A stretch of DNA of 64,000 bases. Source: Malacoraja senta. Its lineage: Eukaryota. The stretch spans positions 7,814,001 through 7,878,000 of the forward strand of contig CM075995.1 in the NCBI GenBank assembly GCA_038087875.1, given 5' to 3'. Each line of letters starts with the position of its first letter. Position 1 is the first letter of the stretch. Of the stretch, positions 62,071 to 64,000 are shown piece after piece. A program made the position numbers and the translations under genes. The notes beneath the pieces are model-generated. The model was not told the origin of the DNA, did not search any database, and saw only the letters and a list, made by a program, of their open reading frames with translations.

Positions 62071-62491
62071 GATGGAACCAGTCATTGTCTCACCAGTATC
62101 ATACAGTACTGAGACAAATTAAGTTAAGTCTTAAATTGTTGGAGTCAGGTGGTGCATGATCCTGCTAGAATATTGCCGCTTTCTGCATCTGGATTCTCCT
62201 GAAAGTTCTCAATAACATGAATGAGTTTATGAGCTAGGGATTCCCAAGAATCAGAAAATACATTGCATGCTTTTAAAGAAGCTTTGAGGAAATAGTCTAT
62301 TTCCCTCCGAAACTAGAGGTATGCGTTTTCAAACTTTTATACCTCTTGCCTGATGGGAGAGAGGGGAAGAGGAAGTGACCAGGGTGAGACTGGTCCTTGA
62401 TTATGCTGGTGAAGTGTAGATGGAGTCAATGGAAGGGAGGTTGGTTTGTGTGCGATGAACAGAGCAACATCCACAACCTTAAAAGTAGGAC

Positions 62492-62902
62492 CGGTCGGTC
62501 GGTCCGCAATAACCAACCTGACCTCCCGGTGGCTCAGCACTTCAACTCCCCCTCCCATTCCGTATCTGACCTCTCTGTCCTGGGTCTCCTCCATGGCCAC
62601 AGCGAGCAACACCGGAAATTGGAGGAAATGCACCTCATATTCCGCTTGGGCAGTCTACATCCTGGGGGCATGAACATTGAATTCTCCCAATTCTGCTAGC
62701 CCTTGCTGTCCCCTCCCCTTCATCAGCCCTCTGGTTGTCTCATCCCCTCCCCCAGCCCTCGGGCTCCTCCTCCGCCTTTTTTCCTTTCTTCTCCCCACCC
62801 CCTATCAGTCTGAAGAAGGGTTTCGGCCCGAACCGTTGCCTATTTCCTTCGCTCCATAGATGCTGCTGCACCCGCTGAGTTTCTCCAGCATTTTTGTGTA
62901 CT
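62492..62902 (+). mobile_element. 5'-truncated Penelope-like element (GIY-YIG C-terminus + terminal repeat)
   Basis: PDLPVAQHFNSPSHS...LGLLH...RKLEEMHLIFRLGSLHPGGMNIEF*, then ctgaagaagggtttcggcccgaac; TTAAAAGTAGGAC duplicated at 62479-62491 and 62903-62915. Confidence 0.85.
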
Positions 62903-63004
62903 TTAAAAGTAGGACGGTGTTCAAGTTTTGGAAGCAGTACTTGAAAGGGTACAAAGCTTAATCTAAGGGTCAGAGATGCAAAGGGCAAAAAAAAATTTCT
63001 GCGA

Positions 63005-63480
63005 CTCTGGAGAGGGTCCAGAGGTTTACACGAATGATCCCAGGAATGAGTGGGTTAACATATGATGAGCGTTTGACGGCACTGGGCCTGTACTCACTGG
63101 AGTTTAGAAGGATAAGGGGGAGACCTCAAAGAAATTTACCGAAGACTGAGAGGCTTGGATAGAGTGGATGTGGAGAGGATGTTTCCACTAGTGGGAGAGT
63201 CGAGGACTAGAGGTCATAACCTCAGAATTAAAGGACGTTCCTTTAGGAAGGAGATGAGGAGGAATTTCTTTAGTCAGAGGGTGGTGAATCTGTGGAATTC
63301 TTTGCCACAAAAGACTGGAGTCCAAGTTAATAGATATTTTTAAGGCATAGATAGATTCTTGATTAGTACGGGAGTCAGGGGTTATGGAGAATGGGGTTAG
63401 GTGGGATAGATCAGCCATGATTGAATGGCGGAGAAGACTTGATGGACCGAATGGCCTACTTCTGTTCCTATCACTTATGA
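63005..63480 (+). mobile_element. CR1 3' fragment
   Basis: LERVQR...LGLYSLEFRR...RVVNLWNSLP and tail cacttatga. Confidence 0.87.
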
Positions 63481-64000
63481 AATGAAATTGCAATGGACAG
63501 AGGACTAGTTCCAAATCAATTAAAACGAATTTCAACATCACGGAGAAATCTCGAGCATGATCAATACATATGGTATATCACCTTTCAGAGAAAAACAAAA
63601 TTGGACTAATTTAAAAACTAATCAAGTACTGTAATGGATGCTTTGAGACAGTCAAACACCAGCACAGGCTCATCCTTCCTCAGATATGAGGCCCAAAAGT
63701 GTTCACAATGTCCTTGAAAATCATTTGCAGTGTGCGCTGCTTCGCAATAGATGGCAGTAAATGAAAGACTACCCAAGGAAAATATTCAAAGCCAAGGGAA
63801 AAACTACAACCTCAGTACTGTGTTCAAGAAACATTGAGGTTGTTTTCCTCTTGATAGCTGGTCATGAGGGCATTACATGGTTGACAAACTGTGTTATGTG
63901 ACCGTATAAAGTGGGGATCAGACAGATCTACCAGCAGCACGAAGGTGCAGATATGGTAGAGCTCCTGCCTCACAGTGCCAGTTCAGTTCGAGTCTGATCT

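Overview
Eukaryotic, repeat-dense vertebrate DNA. The SINE/LINE repertoire (HE1-type V-SINEs sharing 3' tails with CR1/HER1-type LINEs) points to a cartilaginous fish, probably a skate or ray; this is inference. Two spliced minus-strand genes can be built by hand with canonical GT-AG junctions. (1) adnp2: coding exons 14590-14697, 9870-9959 and 1683-4373, giving 962 aa with C2H2 zinc fingers, a diverged homeodomain and a PxVxL motif. (2) A complete NTF2/NUTF2-like gene: coding exons 53569-53667, 52401-52472, 40899-40997 and 39240-39353, giving 127 aa, which the ORF track misses almost entirely; it is plausibly a NUTF2 paralog retained next to adnp2. Candidate CpG-island first exons lie near 32.8 kb (adnp2) and 57.8 kb (nutf2-like). 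A 200-N gap (34339-34538) separates the genes. Most of the rest is mobile DNA: CR1, L2, Rex1/Babar, Tx1, Vingi-like and Penelope retroelements, SINEs, two LTR-like segments, a Tc1 remnant, a hAT MITE, four Harbinger-type MITEs and a non-autonomous Helitron. Notable signals: many short Penelope-derived repeats carrying a hammerhead-ribozyme-like core, often as foldbacks (one 50 nt after the adnp2 stop); an old 132-bp duplicated element in the nutf2-like first intron; and an inverted Tx1/CR1 junction duplication. Family assignments are by pattern recognition, not database search.
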